Shown: in pieces, positions 19,420-29,878 of the stretch
Numbering within the stretch: the stretch's first letter is position 1
How the letters are laid out: each line of letters opens with the position of its first letter
NCBI GenBank assembly: GCA_041483195.1
Contig: JBGPFC010000004.1
Span: 1-64,000, forward strand
Length of the DNA: 64,000 nt
Direction: 5' to 3'
Origin: Candidatus Eiseniibacteriota bacterium
GTDB lineage: Bacteria; Eisenbacteria; RBG-16-71-46
Position numbers and translations under genes: made by a program
The notes under the pieces: generated by a model
Told to the model about the DNA's origin: nothing
What the model saw: only the letters and a program-made list of their open reading frames with translations
The model's database searches: none

Positions 19420-20640
19420 TCACGCGAGGCCTGCCACCTTCCGCCCCGGCTGGCCGGGGCGCTCGCCGCCGCCGGCGAGCGATCGCAGCCGCTCGATCAC
19501 GGGCGGCGTCTTCGACACAATGTAATCCACGTCGGCCTGATCGTGCTCCTCGCCCAGCGAGAAGCGGACGCTCGCGTGCGCGTCTTCCGGCCGCATGCCC
19601 AGCGCGATCAGCACGTGCGAGGGCCCCGGGCTCGCGGCGCTGCACGCGGAACCGGTCGAGACCGTGATGCCGCTGCGGTCGAGCTCGTGCAGCACCGCCT
19701 CGCCGTCGACTCCCGCGAAGCGCAGGTTCACGATGGATGGCACCCGCTGAGCCGCGTCGCCGTTCAGGCGCGCGCCATCGATTGCGCGGCACAGGCCATC
19801 GCGCAGCCGCTCGCCGAGCGCCGCGAGCTGCGCGGGCCCGGACGACGCGAGCCACGCGCCAGCGCGTGCGGCGGCCACGCCGAGCCCCACGATCGCCGCG
19901 AGGTTTTCGGTACCCGCGCGGCGCGATCGCTCCTGGTGCCCGCCGTGAATCAGCGGCGAGAGCCGCGTGCGGCGGCGCACGAACAGCGCGGCCGCGCCCT
20001 GCGGGCCGTGGAACTTGTGACCCGCGAGCGAGAGCAGATCGACCCCCACCGCCTCCACGTCGATCGCGATCTTGCCCGCCGCCTGCACCGCGTCGCAGTG
20101 GATCAGCGCGCCGGCCGCATGGGCGAGCGCCGCGATCTTGGCGACCGGCTGCACCGTGCCGATCTCGTTGTTCACCCACATCACAGAGACCAGCGCCACG
20201 TCGGGACCGAGCGCCGCCTCGAGCCGCGCCGCGTCGAGCACGCCGTTCGGCTCGACCGGGACGATGGTGACCGGCCGGCCCCGCGATTCGAGGTAGCGCG
20301 CGGTCTCGATCACCGACGGATGCTCGATCGCCGAGATCACGAGCCGGCGCCGCGGCGCAGCGGCCAGCTCGGGGTCGAGCATCACGCCCTTGATCGCGAG
20401 GTTGTTCGCCTCCGATCCGCTCGCCGTGAAAACGATCTCGGCCGGCTGCGCGCCGACCAGCTCCGCGACCCGCGCGCGCGCGGTGTCGATCGCATCGCGC
20501 GCGGCCTCGCCGCGCCGGTGCACCGAAGAGGGATTGCCGAAGCGCGCGCCGAGGAACGGCAGCATCGCCTCGATCACCTCGGGCGCCGGCGCCGTGGTGG
20601 CCGCGCAGTCGGCGTAAACGTCGCGCGGGTTCGCGTTCAT
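19420..20640 (-). CDS. iscS: Cysteine desulfurase (IscS/NifS group)
   Basis: [38 protein letters not shown] and STGSACS motifs. Confidence 0.9.
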   Translation of the reverse strand: MNANPRDVYADCAATTAPAPEVIEAMLPFLGARFGNPSSVHRRGEAARDAIDTARARVAELVGAQPAEIVFTASGSEANNLAIKGVMLDPELAAAPRRRLVISAIEHPSVIETARYLESRGRPVTIVPVEPNGVLDAARLEAALGPDVALVSVMWVNNEIGTVQPVAKIAALAHAAGALIHCDAVQAAGKIAIDVEAVGVDLLSLAGHKFHGPQGAAALFVRRRTRLSPLIHGGHQERSRRAGTENLAAIVGLGVAAARAGAWLASSGPAQLAALGERLRDGLCRAIDGARLNGDAAQRVPSIVNLRFAGVDGEAVLHELDRSGITVSTGSACSAASPGPSHVLIALGMRPEDAHASVRFSLGEEHDQADVDYIVSKTPPVIERLRSLAGGGERPGQPGRKVAGLA

Positions 20641-21707
20641 GCCGGGCCCTCCGCGGTGGCGGCCGCGTGGGCCGCGATCGAGATGCGCTGCGCGAGGTGC
20701 CCCGCGATGGTGGTCAGCGCGCGCGCGTATTCGCTGTCGGGCTTCGAGAGCACCACCGGCTGCCCGGTGTCGCCGCCGATCCGCACGTCGGGGTGGAGCG
20801 GGATCGCGCCGAGGAACGGCAGGCCCATCGCCAAAGCGCGCTCCTCCCCCTTGCCCGAGCTGAAGATGTCGTGCCGCGCGCTGCAGTTGGGGCACACGAA
20901 GTAGCTCATGTTCTCGATCACGCCCAACACCGGCACCTGCAATTTTGCGAACATGGCGATCGCCTTCACAGCGTCCTCGATCGCGACCGTGGAGGGCGTG
21001 GTCACCACCACCGCGCCGGCCACGAACGTCTGCTGGATGAGCGAGAGCTGAACGTCGCCGGTCCCGGGCGGCAGGTCCACGAGCAGGTAATCGAGATCGC
21101 CCCAGTCCACGTCGTGCAGGAAGCTCTTGATCGCGCCGTGCAGCATCGGCCCGCGCCACACCACGGCCTCGCCCGCCTCGACCAGCAGCCCCATCGACAT
21201 GAACGACAACCCCCACGCCTCGACCGGCAGGATCTTGCCGTCGCGCTGGGAGGGCTGGCGGTTGACTCCGAGCATGCGCGGCAGATTGGGCCCGTAGATG
21301 TCGCCATCGAGCAGCCCCACCCGCGCCCCGCTCGCCGCGAGCGCCACCGCGAGATTGGCGGCGATGGTCGACTTGCCGACTCCGCCCTTGCCGCTGCCGA
21401 TCGCGATCACCTGGGCCACGCCCGGGAGCGCCTTGCGCTCGGCGGTCGGATCCTTGGGCTTGCGCATGCGCGAGATGGTCTTGATGTCCGCCTCGCGCAC
21501 GCCCGGCACGCGCAACACGGCCGCGCGCGCGTCGCCCTCGATCTGCTCCTTTAGGGGGCATGCGGCGGTCGTGAGCACCAGCGTGAACGCCGCGCGGTCG
21601 CCATCCACGCGCAGGTCCTCGATCATCCCGAGGGTCACCAGGTCGCGATGGAGATCGGGGTCGATCACGGTGCGAAGGGCGTCGAGCACCGCTTCGCGAT
21701 CGATCAT
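20637..21707 (-). CDS. mrp: Mrp/NBP35 Fe-S cluster carrier ATPase
   Basis: N-terminal DUF59 domain, GKGGVGKST, DLPPGTGD and ENMSYFVCPNC. Confidence 0.93.
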   Translation of the reverse strand: MIDREAVLDALRTVIDPDLHRDLVTLGMIEDLRVDGDRAAFTLVLTTAACPLKEQIEGDARAAVLRVPGVREADIKTISRMRKPKDPTAERKALPGVAQVIAIGSGKGGVGKSTIAANLAVALAASGARVGLLDGDIYGPNLPRMLGVNRQPSQRDGKILPVEAWGLSFMSMGLLVEAGEAVVWRGPMLHGAIKSFLHDVDWGDLDYLLVDLPPGTGDVQLSLIQQTFVAGAVVVTTPSTVAIEDAVKAIAMFAKLQVPVLGVIENMSYFVCPNCSARHDIFSSGKGEERALAMGLPFLGAIPLHPDVRIGGDTGQPVVLSKPDSEYARALTTIAGHLAQRISIAAHAAATAEGPA

Positions 21708-21980
21708 GGGCTTGGAATGGATGGGAATCTCCTCGAGTGCCGGCCGGCCGCGCGACCCACCGTCCAAGTTGCCCGGTGACTTTGGCCGCCGCCTGCCGCA
21801 TCATGACGGTTCTCATGCGCCGGCGCACGCGGGCCGCCTGCCGCAGGCGGTGCGAACCGGTGAGCTTATGAACCAGCGCCATGCGAGTCAAACCACGTGC
21901 CACGGGTACAGATGCCCCGTGCGGGAACGGTACAGACTCAGATGATCGACGGCGGAAATGGACGCGAGGTCACCCGGGCC

Positions 21981-22883
21981 ATGCCCCTGGCGGCGGGGGT
22001 AGCGGTGGGCGATGCCCCCTCGCCCCGCTACCCCAGCGAGCCGCTCGAACACCTCGATGCGCTCTGGATCCAGGTGGCCGGCACGCTGTGCAACCTCGCG
22101 TGCACCCACTGCTTCGTCTCGTGCGGCCCGGGCGACGACCATCACCCGATGATGTCGCGCGAGCAGGTCCGCGCGCGCGTGGCCGAGGGCGTGGCGCTCG
22201 GCGTCAAGGAGTTCTACTTCACGGGCGGCGAGCCGTTCCTTCACCCCGAGATGATCGACATTCTCGAGGACACGCTCGTGCACGGGCCGGGCACCGTGCT
22301 CACCAACGGAACCCTGTTCACGACGCGGCTCATCGAGGCGTTGCGCTACTTGAGCGCCGCGAGCCGACACGGGCTCGAGATTCGGGTCAGCCTCGATGGG
22401 CATCGCGCCGAGGATCACGATTCGTTCCGCGGCGCCGGGAGCTTCGCGCGCGCGATCGACGGCCTGCGCCGCCTCGCAGCGGCGGGGCTGCTGCCGATCG
22501 TGACCGTGACCCAGAACACCGACGAGGATCCGATCGCGTTTCGCGAGCACTACCTCGAGATGCTGCACGCCGCCGGCATCGCGCGCCCGCGGCTCAAGGT
22601 GCTGCCCATGTTCCAGCTCGGTCGCGAGAGCGCGCGCACCCGCGGCTATCTTCCGCTCGAGACGCTCGCCGATCTGCCCGCGGCGTCGTTCGAGCCCGCG
22701 CGGCTCCAGTGCAACTCGTGCCGCGCCGTGACCGCGCGCGGCGTGTACGTATGCCCGCTGCTGGTGGACGAGCCCGGCGGCCGGATGGGCGAGCGTCTCG
22801 ATCAGGCGCTGGGGCCCTTCGAGCTGCGTCACGGCGCGTGCTTCACCTGCTACGTGACCGGCATGACCTGCGCGAACGGCTGA
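21981..22883 (+). CDS. Radical SAM protein with a Cys-rich C-terminus
   Basis: CNLACTHC, FTGGEPFLHP and C-terminal HGACFTCYVTGMTC; start uncertain (21897-21981). Confidence 0.85.
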   Translation: MPLAAGVAVGDAPSPRYPSEPLEHLDALWIQVAGTLCNLACTHCFVSCGPGDDHHPMMSREQVRARVAEGVALGVKEFYFTGGEPFLHPEMIDILEDTLVHGPGTVLTNGTLFTTRLIEALRYLSAASRHGLEIRVSLDGHRAEDHDSFRGAGSFARAIDGLRRLAAAGLLPIVTVTQNTDEDPIAFREHYLEMLHAAGIARPRLKVLPMFQLGRESARTRGYLPLETLADLPAASFEPARLQCNSCRAVTARGVYVCPLLVDEPGGRMGERLDQALGPFELRHGACFTCYVTGMTCANG

Positions 22884-22890
22884 GACGCGC

Positions 22891-23667
22891 GTGCGGCTCG
22901 TCTTGTTCGGCGGCGTGTACAGCAACCACCTCGCGTTGCGGGCGACGCTCGCCGACATCGCGGCACGCGGCGCCGACGCGACCTGGTGCCTGGGCGACCT
23001 GGGCGGATTCGGCCCGCACCCCGACCGCGCCGCCGAGATGCTGCGCGCCGCGAACGTTCCCATGCTGCGCGGGAATTACGACGAGTCGATCGGACACGAT
23101 CGCGCCGACTGCGACTGCGGCTACACCGACCCGCGCGACAACCTGTTCGCGCAGATCTCCTACGACTACACGGCGGCGTGCACATCGGCCGTGCACAAGG
23201 CGTGGATGCGCGACCTGTCCGAGCAGCACCGGCTCGAGATCGGCGGGCGGCGCGTGCTGCTCTGCCACGGCTCTCCGCGGCGCGTGAACGAATTTCTGTG
23301 GGAGTCCGCGTGCTCTGATGCGTTCCTCGAGTGGCTATGCGAGCGGCACGAGGCCGACGTGATCGCGTGCTCGCACTCGGGCCTTCACTGGCAGCGCGCG
23401 CTGCCATCGGGGCGGATGATCGTCAACGTTGGCGCGATCGGCCGGCCCGCGAACGACGGGCGCACCGAGGCGTGGTATGCGGCGCTCGAGATCGGGCGCG
23501 AGGCGCGCGTCGAGTTCCGCCCGGTCGCGTACGATCACGAGTCGCTCGCGCACGAGATGGAGGGCGAGGCGCTGCCGCCCGAGTTCGTCGAGACCATCCG
23601 CACCGGCTGGTGGACCACCTGCCTCGAGAACCTGCCCGCGAAGGAGCGGCAGCGCGGGCGGTTTTGA
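22891..23667 (+). CDS. Metallophosphoesterase family protein
   Basis: CLGDLGG, RGNYD, CHGSP, HSG and VNVGAIGRP motifs. Confidence 0.85.
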   Translation: MRLVLFGGVYSNHLALRATLADIAARGADATWCLGDLGGFGPHPDRAAEMLRAANVPMLRGNYDESIGHDRADCDCGYTDPRDNLFAQISYDYTAACTSAVHKAWMRDLSEQHRLEIGGRRVLLCHGSPRRVNEFLWESACSDAFLEWLCERHEADVIACSHSGLHWQRALPSGRMIVNVGAIGRPANDGRTEAWYAALEIGREARVEFRPVAYDHESLAHEMEGEALPPEFVETIRTGWWTTCLENLPAKERQRGRF

Positions 23668-23737
23668 GTTAGGCTGCGGCGCCGCGCGCGGCCGCGCGCG
23701 CATCGGACCGCCCTCTACCTCTCACCCGCGAGATTCC

Positions 23738-24550
23738 GTGGGCTACTACCGCGTCGACTTCCGCTGCGACGACGACGATCCGCTCCAGAGGGAGCTAGAC
23801 CGCCTCTACGGCTACCATGACGACATCGAGACCCGCGTGCTCCACCGCGGGCGGCTCAACCTGTTCTTCCTGCTGCTGCGCGAGCTGATCGCGAAGCGCG
23901 TCGTGACGCGGATGGGCTCGGCGCTCGACATCGGCTGCAACGCCGGCATGTATTCGAAGATCCTCTCGGACGAAGGCTTCGCGCACGTCGAGGGCATCGA
24001 CATCGACGAGGAGCAGGTGCGGCGCGCGGTGGAGACGTTCGCGGTTCAGGCGGCCGAGCGCTCGATCGAGTTTCGGGTCGAGAACGCGGAGGCCATCGAC
24101 CCGGCGAGGAAGTACGACTTCATCCTGTGCACCGAGGTGATCGAGCACACCTCGCAGCCGCAGAAGGTGATCGAGAACATCGCGGCGGCGCTAGTGCCCG
24201 GCGGCATCGCGGTGGTGACGCTGCCGAACGCGTTCTCGCTTCCGTTCGCGAAGGCGGCGCTCAAGTACCGGCTGACGCGGAAGGCGCGCGATCCGGTGTT
24301 CGAGGATCACCTGCGCTACCCGTTCTGGCGGGCGATGCGGCTGTTCGAGGGAGTCGGGCTCGAGCGGGTGCGGACGACCGGCACGAACTTGATCTGGGAC
24401 GCGACGACGCTGCGGTGGTTGTACCGCACGCCGGTGTTCGAGCCACTCAACCGCGCGCAGTTCGCCCTCGCGCGGCGCTGGCCGCTCGAGTACGGGGCGC
24501 AATTCTTCTATTCCGTCTGGCAGAAGGAGCCAAAGCCGAGGCATTCCTGA
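23738..24550 (+). CDS. Class I SAM-dependent methyltransferase
   Basis: ALDIGCNAG, GIDID, YDFILCTEVIEH and LVPGG motifs; GTG start inferred. Confidence 0.85.
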   Translation: MGYYRVDFRCDDDDPLQRELDRLYGYHDDIETRVLHRGRLNLFFLLLRELIAKRVVTRMGSALDIGCNAGMYSKILSDEGFAHVEGIDIDEEQVRRAVETFAVQAAERSIEFRVENAEAIDPARKYDFILCTEVIEHTSQPQKVIENIAAALVPGGIAVVTLPNAFSLPFAKAALKYRLTRKARDPVFEDHLRYPFWRAMRLFEGVGLERVRTTGTNLIWDATTLRWLYRTPVFEPLNRAQFALARRWPLEYGAQFFYSVWQKEPKPRHS

Positions 24551-24588
24551 CCGCACGTGCACATCTTGTTCCCTTCCGAGGTGACAAC

Positions 24589-25746
24589 ATGAAAACTCTG
24601 GCCGTTGCTCTTGCCTCGACCCTTTTCGTTCAATCATCGGCCCCCGCGCTCACGACAGCTGCCGTTGCTCCGCGCGCGCTCCAATCAATGACCAACCCGG
24701 CAAAGGTGCAATACGTCCGTGACTACCTGCGGGGCGCCGGCCTCAGCTCACTAAGCAATGTTGACATCGTGATTTCCTCCGACCTCGGGAGCGAGGGCAA
24801 CACGGCAGGCGAGTACATTCAGGCCGGCAGCCGTGGGAGCATAGACGGCAAGGTCTACAATACGCCGACCATCATCATCTACGCACCTGCATTCAAATCG
24901 GCAGACATGCTGGCCAATGTCGTCCTCCATGAAGGTCTGCACGCCACAATTGACCTGTCTTCCCCTCCAGAGGCCCTGACAAGTCTATGGACAGCAGCCA
25001 AAGCCCAACTTCAGGATAGATTCGACTTCTCAGGTGTGCCGGAGGGCATCAGATCCGGTGTCATCGAAGCGGTCTTTGCCGGAGTCAAGGGCAATCTGGA
25101 ACATGCTTATATTTATCAGACGCTCTTGGAGCTAACCACGACCCGTCACGATATTCTTGGTAAGGGCTACTATGAAGCGCGGCTACAGGAGATGAAGGTT
25201 GACTTTGATCGATTTTGGGCCACAAGTGAATCCCTCATCGCTCCGGACGGAAAGCGCTACAGGATCCTGCCGAAGCAGGCGAGTGCTTCGTCTCTTTCCG
25301 GTTCGTATGAGTGCGTTGAAGGTGAGAGCTGCAGGCCGAGTGGCACCCATGATCGGACGGAGGCCGGCCAACAGCTGGTCGAGGAAATCAGCCCGCTGAC
25401 TATTGAGCAGCAGGGCACGCTCGTGCGCATGCGATCCACCTATCGCCAGACGGCAATGCCCTATACAGTCACCAACGAAGTGGGTAGTTGTTCGGGCAGT
25501 GGGGGCGTGACGAGCGTGACGTCCACCGGCACTGGAAGGTTGGACGGAGATCTAGCTGGGATGGATATCGAGGCGGACTTTCATTCCAGCGGCCAGACGG
25601 TACGCTGCGACCCGGACGCACTCTCCCATACCATGCCAGAGCAGAATTCGCACAACGCGTCTCACGTGACGCTGAAGGTGCTGGGCCCCGGGAGGCTGTC
25701 TCTCACAGACGAGTCGGGCAAGACGTCGACGTGGCAGCGGCAATGA
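24589..25746 (+). CDS. Secreted hypothetical protein with an HExxH motif
   Basis: SD GAGG, signal peptide and VVLHEGLHA; codon usage visibly less GC-rich than its neighbours. Confidence 0.65.
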   Translation: MKTLAVALASTLFVQSSAPALTTAAVAPRALQSMTNPAKVQYVRDYLRGAGLSSLSNVDIVISSDLGSEGNTAGEYIQAGSRGSIDGKVYNTPTIIIYAPAFKSADMLANVVLHEGLHATIDLSSPPEALTSLWTAAKAQLQDRFDFSGVPEGIRSGVIEAVFAGVKGNLEHAYIYQTLLELTTTRHDILGKGYYEARLQEMKVDFDRFWATSESLIAPDGKRYRILPKQASASSLSGSYECVEGESCRPSGTHDRTEAGQQLVEEISPLTIEQQGTLVRMRSTYRQTAMPYTVTNEVGSCSGSGGVTSVTSTGTGRLDGDLAGMDIEADFHSSGQTVRCDPDALSHTMPEQNSHNASHVTLKVLGPGRLSLTDESGKTSTWQRQ

Positions 25747-26098
25747 GCGGAGATTCCTGACACCACCCGGCAATCCGGGCCTTGGAGCGCACTCCGGCCG
25801 AGCCTCGTGCAAGGGCCGGAGAGTCCGAGGGGCCAGCGTAGCTCACGTTGACCGCCTGCGCTTGTTTCACCGTCGGGTAGTGGATCGCGTGTGGTCACCA
25901 CCGCGCTGGCGTGAGGGGAGAAATCCCTTGGGCGGCGGCAGGTGAACTTTGGGACCAGCCGTCACCGAAACCCTCGCGTTCTCGGCCCCGTAGAGTCACC
26001 TGACTTTGGGCTCGACGTTGAGGGGAGCGGACACTCACTCACCGCAGCCAGCGAGACGGACTCGCGGCCGAGAGTCAACGAACTCGTGGAGGCGGGAC

Positions 26099-26803
26099 GT
26101 GAACTCAACCAACGCGACAGCACGGCAAGCAGGAGCGCTGTACTTCCTGTTCAGCCTCGTGGCGATCCTCGGCGAGTTCTTCTTTCCCGCCTTCATGGTT
26201 CCCGGGGACGCCGCCGCCACGGCCCGCAACATCCTCGCCGGCGAACTTGCCTATCGCATGAGCGTCCTGACGGGCTTCATCACGCTCGTCCTCTTCATCT
26301 TCCTGGTCGTGAGCCTCTACAAGCTGTTGAGGGACGTGGACAGGAGCCACGCGAGGCTCATGGTGCTGCTGGTCTCGATCGGCGTCGCCGTCGCGCTCGC
26401 CAATCTGCTCAACAAGTTCGCGCCGCTGGTCCTCCTGAGCGGCTCCGACTACCTGTCGGTGTTCACCAAACCTCAGCTGGACGCTCTGGCGCTGGGCTTT
26501 CTCGGACTTCACAGCAGTGGAGCCACGGTGGCCACGGCCTTCTGGGGTCTGTGGCTCTTTCCGTTCGGCATCCTCGTCATCAAGTCGCGCTTCTTTCCAC
26601 GGATCCTGGGCGTCCTGCTGATGGTGGCGGGCCTCGCCTATCTGACGAGCAGTGTGACGTCGATCGTCCTGCCCGCGTACCGGCACGTCGTCAACCGCGC
26701 CATGATGCCGCTCTATTTCGGCGAGGTGCCGATCATCTTCTGGCTGCTCATCAAGGGAGCCAAGGCGCCGCAACCGCAAGCGCGGTCTTCCCCGGTCAGC
26801 TGA
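26099..26803 (+). CDS. DUF4386 family membrane protein
   Basis: ARQAGALY, GDAAATARNI and FWGLWLFPFGILVIKSRFFPRILG. Confidence 0.85.
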   Translation: MNSTNATARQAGALYFLFSLVAILGEFFFPAFMVPGDAAATARNILAGELAYRMSVLTGFITLVLFIFLVVSLYKLLRDVDRSHARLMVLLVSIGVAVALANLLNKFAPLVLLSGSDYLSVFTKPQLDALALGFLGLHSSGATVATAFWGLWLFPFGILVIKSRFFPRILGVLLMVAGLAYLTSSVTSIVLPAYRHVVNRAMMPLYFGEVPIIFWLLIKGAKAPQPQARSSPVS

Positions 26804-26834
26804 CGGCCCGGCATCCTTCCGTGGCGCGCTGCGA

Positions 26835-27554
26835 TCACCAATTCCCCGCCGTGCTGGCCTGCTCCTTCCATCGTTCTTCATTCACGCCGAACACGATGAG
26901 CCACAGGATCTGCGGTGCTGCCCCGAGGAGGCCGAGGGCTGCGACGTAGAGGAACAGACGGGGTCCGAGCGTCGGTGACAGGAAGGTCAGCAGGCCCAGG
27001 CCCGCAAGCATCGACAACACGCCCAGGATCCGAGGCAGGAAGGTGGACCTGACGATGAGGTAGCCCTTCAGGAGCGCATAGAATCCGAAAAATGCCAGGC
27101 CGATCCCGGCGGCATGGTCATTCACCCTGAGGAAGAGGAGCGCCAGCGCCTGCAACTGGCCCGTGCTGAATACGCTCAAGTAGTGCGCGCCCCCCAGGAT
27201 GAACAAGGGGGCGATGAAGAAGAGGCGGCCGAGGGTCTTGATGACGCAACCGGTGAGGCTCAAGAACGCGGCAATCAGAGAGACGCTCCTGCCCACTGGT
27301 TTGAGCAGGTCATAGAAAATGGCGGTCACCGCGATCTGGCAGGCCATCTCGATCATGTAGACTGCGAAGCCCAGCTCGTACATGCCCCGGTGCGTCAGGA
27401 TGTTGGTCGCCGTCGCTGCGGCGTCGCCGGATACGACGAGCTTGTCGCTCACGAAGCCCTGGGCGAATACTCCCGTCAAGATGTTGAGGAGAGCGAGCAC
27501 TCCGGCAATCCTGGCCTTGCGCCGCGGCGACGCTCCTGCAATCCGTTCCATCAT
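26835..27554 (-). CDS. DUF4386 family membrane protein
   Basis: ARIAGVL, GDAAATATNI and STFLPRILG. Confidence 0.85.
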   Translation of the reverse strand: MMERIAGASPRRKARIAGVLALLNILTGVFAQGFVSDKLVVSGDAAATATNILTHRGMYELGFAVYMIEMACQIAVTAIFYDLLKPVGRSVSLIAAFLSLTGCVIKTLGRLFFIAPLFILGGAHYLSVFSTGQLQALALLFLRVNDHAAGIGLAFFGFYALLKGYLIVRSTFLPRILGVLSMLAGLGLLTFLSPTLGPRLFLYVAALGLLGAAPQILWLIVFGVNEERWKEQASTAGNW

Positions 27555-27946
27555 TTCATGGCCTCCAGGCAGCAGTGGGGCGATCCACGTCAAAGCCCTC
27601 CGCCCGTGGGAAAGCACCCTGAACAACCACTTTCTATCACGGTGAGGCCTTCGCCGTCTCGGACCGGCACAAGACACAGAAGCGGGACACCCGGCTGGAC
27701 CTCTGCGGCATCCAACGGCGCGTGACGAACAAACGCGATTCGCAGCCCGTCGATGCGGGCCTGACCTATCACTACGGCCGGCGTTCCCCCCCGAAAACTT
27801 GCCCCCTCAAGTCGCGCGCCCGCTGCTGCCGATAACACTCCCGGTAGCGGACGCCCCGAGCGACCCCCCTCGGACGGGCCCCGATGCCCGGTCCCAGTCC
27901 CGCAGGGCGCCGCAACCGATTCACCCGCCGCGTCACGGAGCACGTC

Positions 27947-28219
27947 ATGAATGTCCGATTCGCGAACACCACGCTCGAGGGCGACCGGTCTCACCTCCGG
28001 CTGCTCGCGCCGGGCGGCGCGCTGATGCTCGAGCTCAAGGGAGATGAGATCGAGGCCGCGATCCGCGGTGGATTCCTCGACCCGGAGCGTCTCCACTTCA
28101 GCATGTTCGAGTACGCGCGCATGCGCACCGAGCTCGCCGGCTCCCCCGGAGCTCACGGCCGCGACGCGGCGATCGATGACGGCGCCTCGTGGATCGCTTT
28201 CTCGACTCGCTCGACCTGA
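27947..28219 (+). CDS. Small hypothetical protein
   Basis: GGAG SD and GC3-rich codons; no recognised motif. Confidence 0.45.
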   Translation: MNVRFANTTLEGDRSHLRLLAPGGALMLELKGDEIEAAIRGGFLDPERLHFSMFEYARMRTELAGSPGAHGRDAAIDDGASWIAFSTRST

Positions 28220-28238
28220 GACGACCGGACGACGAGCC

Positions 28239-28478
28239 TTAGCCGTCGCCTACGATCTTCGGCTTCGGGCGCTCCTGCGCGAGAATCTTGTCGGTGAATT
28301 GAACCACGACCGGGTACCCCACGTACGTCTCGGGTAAATCGCGCGCCGCCTCCTGGCGGCTGACGTAGACCTGGATGCAGTCTTTTCCATCGCGCTCGCC
28401 GTGGGCGACGATTTCCACGCCTTCGATATTGAGCCAGGCGCCCGCCATTCGAATCGCTTCCTCGATGTTCACGCTCAT
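28239..28478 (-). CDS. Small protein resembling the N-terminal domain of the upstream protease
   Basis: 79 aa; CIQVYVSRQ versus CISVFVSQK in the protease. Confidence 0.65.
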   Translation of the reverse strand: MSVNIEEAIRMAGAWLNIEGVEIVAHGERDGKDCIQVYVSRQEAARDLPETYVGYPVVVQFTDKILAQERPKPKIVGDG

Positions 28479-28504
28479 GTACTTGATCCCCGCTGATTGC
28501 CCGG

Positions 28505-28545
28505 GCCGGTCCGGGGGTGATGCGGTTCACTCACCCCCGGCCGGC
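28505..28545. repeat. Intergenic inverted repeat / hairpin
   Basis: CCGGGGGTGA (28511-28520) / TCACCCCCGG (28531-28540) plus outer GCCGG/CCGGC. Confidence 0.6.
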
Positions 28546-28573
28546 GTTCACGCCGGTTGGCCCGGACGCTGGT

Positions 28574-29542
28574 TCAGACGACGCGGATGCCGAGCAGCTG
28601 CTGCACGTACCGGATGTCGTTGAAAATGGTGACCACTGAAGATCCCGCGAACAGCAGGCCGACCGCCTGCTGGTTGAGGTCGAGCAGCAAGCTGCCCGAG
28701 TCGCCGCCCGCCGACATGTTGGTCGTCAGGATCTGGCGCTCGAAGCGCGCGACCTTGCCGCCGCCGTAGTTCACGTTCACCGTAGCATTGATCGCGGTGA
28801 TGCGTCCGGTCGAGTAGTTCGTGGTGCGGCCGGTCTTCTGCACCAGCATCCCGATCTTGGCGATGATGGCTCCACGCGCGTAGCCGATCCAGTAGATCTC
28901 ACGGCTGAGCGACTGGAAATCGCCCTCCGCGATGGCGCAGTCCACGTAGTTGGGCGAGTTGTCGAAACGGATCGGAACGAAGCGCGAGAGATGCGCGATC
29001 GTGTCGCGGCCCACGATGCCGCCGTCGTACGGGCCGGGCTGCAGGATCGCATCCCCGAGCCGGGCGTCGTTGGAATTCGCGAGCACGTGATTGTTGCTGA
29101 GGATGTAGTAGTGCGGCGGGATTCCAGGGAACGGCGTGGCGTCGTAGACCGCCGTGGCGTAGGTGCCGGCCGTGATGGCGAAGTGGCCGACGCTGTAGCC
29201 GCCCATGGCGGGCCGCACGCGCGCGGTGAGCGCCTCGATTCCCACCTCGGCGATTCCCGCGCCCTCCGCCGGAACCGCGCCGGCGAAGATGATGCCGGTC
29301 TCGACCACGTCGGTCTTGATCTTGTCCACGCTCTTCGGCACCAGGGACGACTTGGGGAGCAACTCCGGCGGCAGCTTCTGCGAAACGAACACCGAGATGC
29401 AGTGCTCGCCGGTATCCACACCGTCCGAGATCTTGCGCCCGATGCCGACCCCGATCACGTTGGGATTGGCGAGAAGCTCATTCTGCCGCGTGCCCTGAAT
29501 CTCCTGAATGTTCGCGAGCTGCACATCGGTGATATCAGCCAT
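28574..29542 (-). CDS. Trypsin-like (S1/NAL1-like) serine protease, no signal peptide
   Basis: LSNNHVLA (His), VDCAIA (Asp), KTGRTT and GGDSGS (Ser). Confidence 0.85.
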   Translation of the reverse strand: MADITDVQLANIQEIQGTRQNELLANPNVIGVGIGRKISDGVDTGEHCISVFVSQKLPPELLPKSSLVPKSVDKIKTDVVETGIIFAGAVPAEGAGIAEVGIEALTARVRPAMGGYSVGHFAITAGTYATAVYDATPFPGIPPHYYILSNNHVLANSNDARLGDAILQPGPYDGGIVGRDTIAHLSRFVPIRFDNSPNYVDCAIAEGDFQSLSREIYWIGYARGAIIAKIGMLVQKTGRTTNYSTGRITAINATVNVNYGGGKVARFERQILTTNMSAGGDSGSLLLDLNQQAVGLLFAGSSVVTIFNDIRYVQQLLGIRVV

Positions 29543-29878
29543 GAGTCACCTCGGTGGGATGTTGCGGTGGAGTGCGGCGCGAGAGTCCCTCGCGCGCTCG
29601 CGGGTAGAAGGCCGCGCGGGGGGTGCTCGCGATCGCGCCGCTGAAATCATTGCGCCACTCCGAGCCCATCCGTCCGTGGCGGGCGACGACTTCAGCCTGG
29701 CGCCGTGCGCCGAAGGTGGGCGGACGGCAAGTCGGGGCATGGTACGCTCTGCCGCGTCGGTCTTGCCACATAATTGTGGCTATGTCGGCCGTATGGAATA
29801 CTTCGTTGTGTGGTCATGGCTTAGTGGACACTTGGCCGACATGGGCCGGGTGAATTCGGCCCCGAGAGGAGGCGATCC

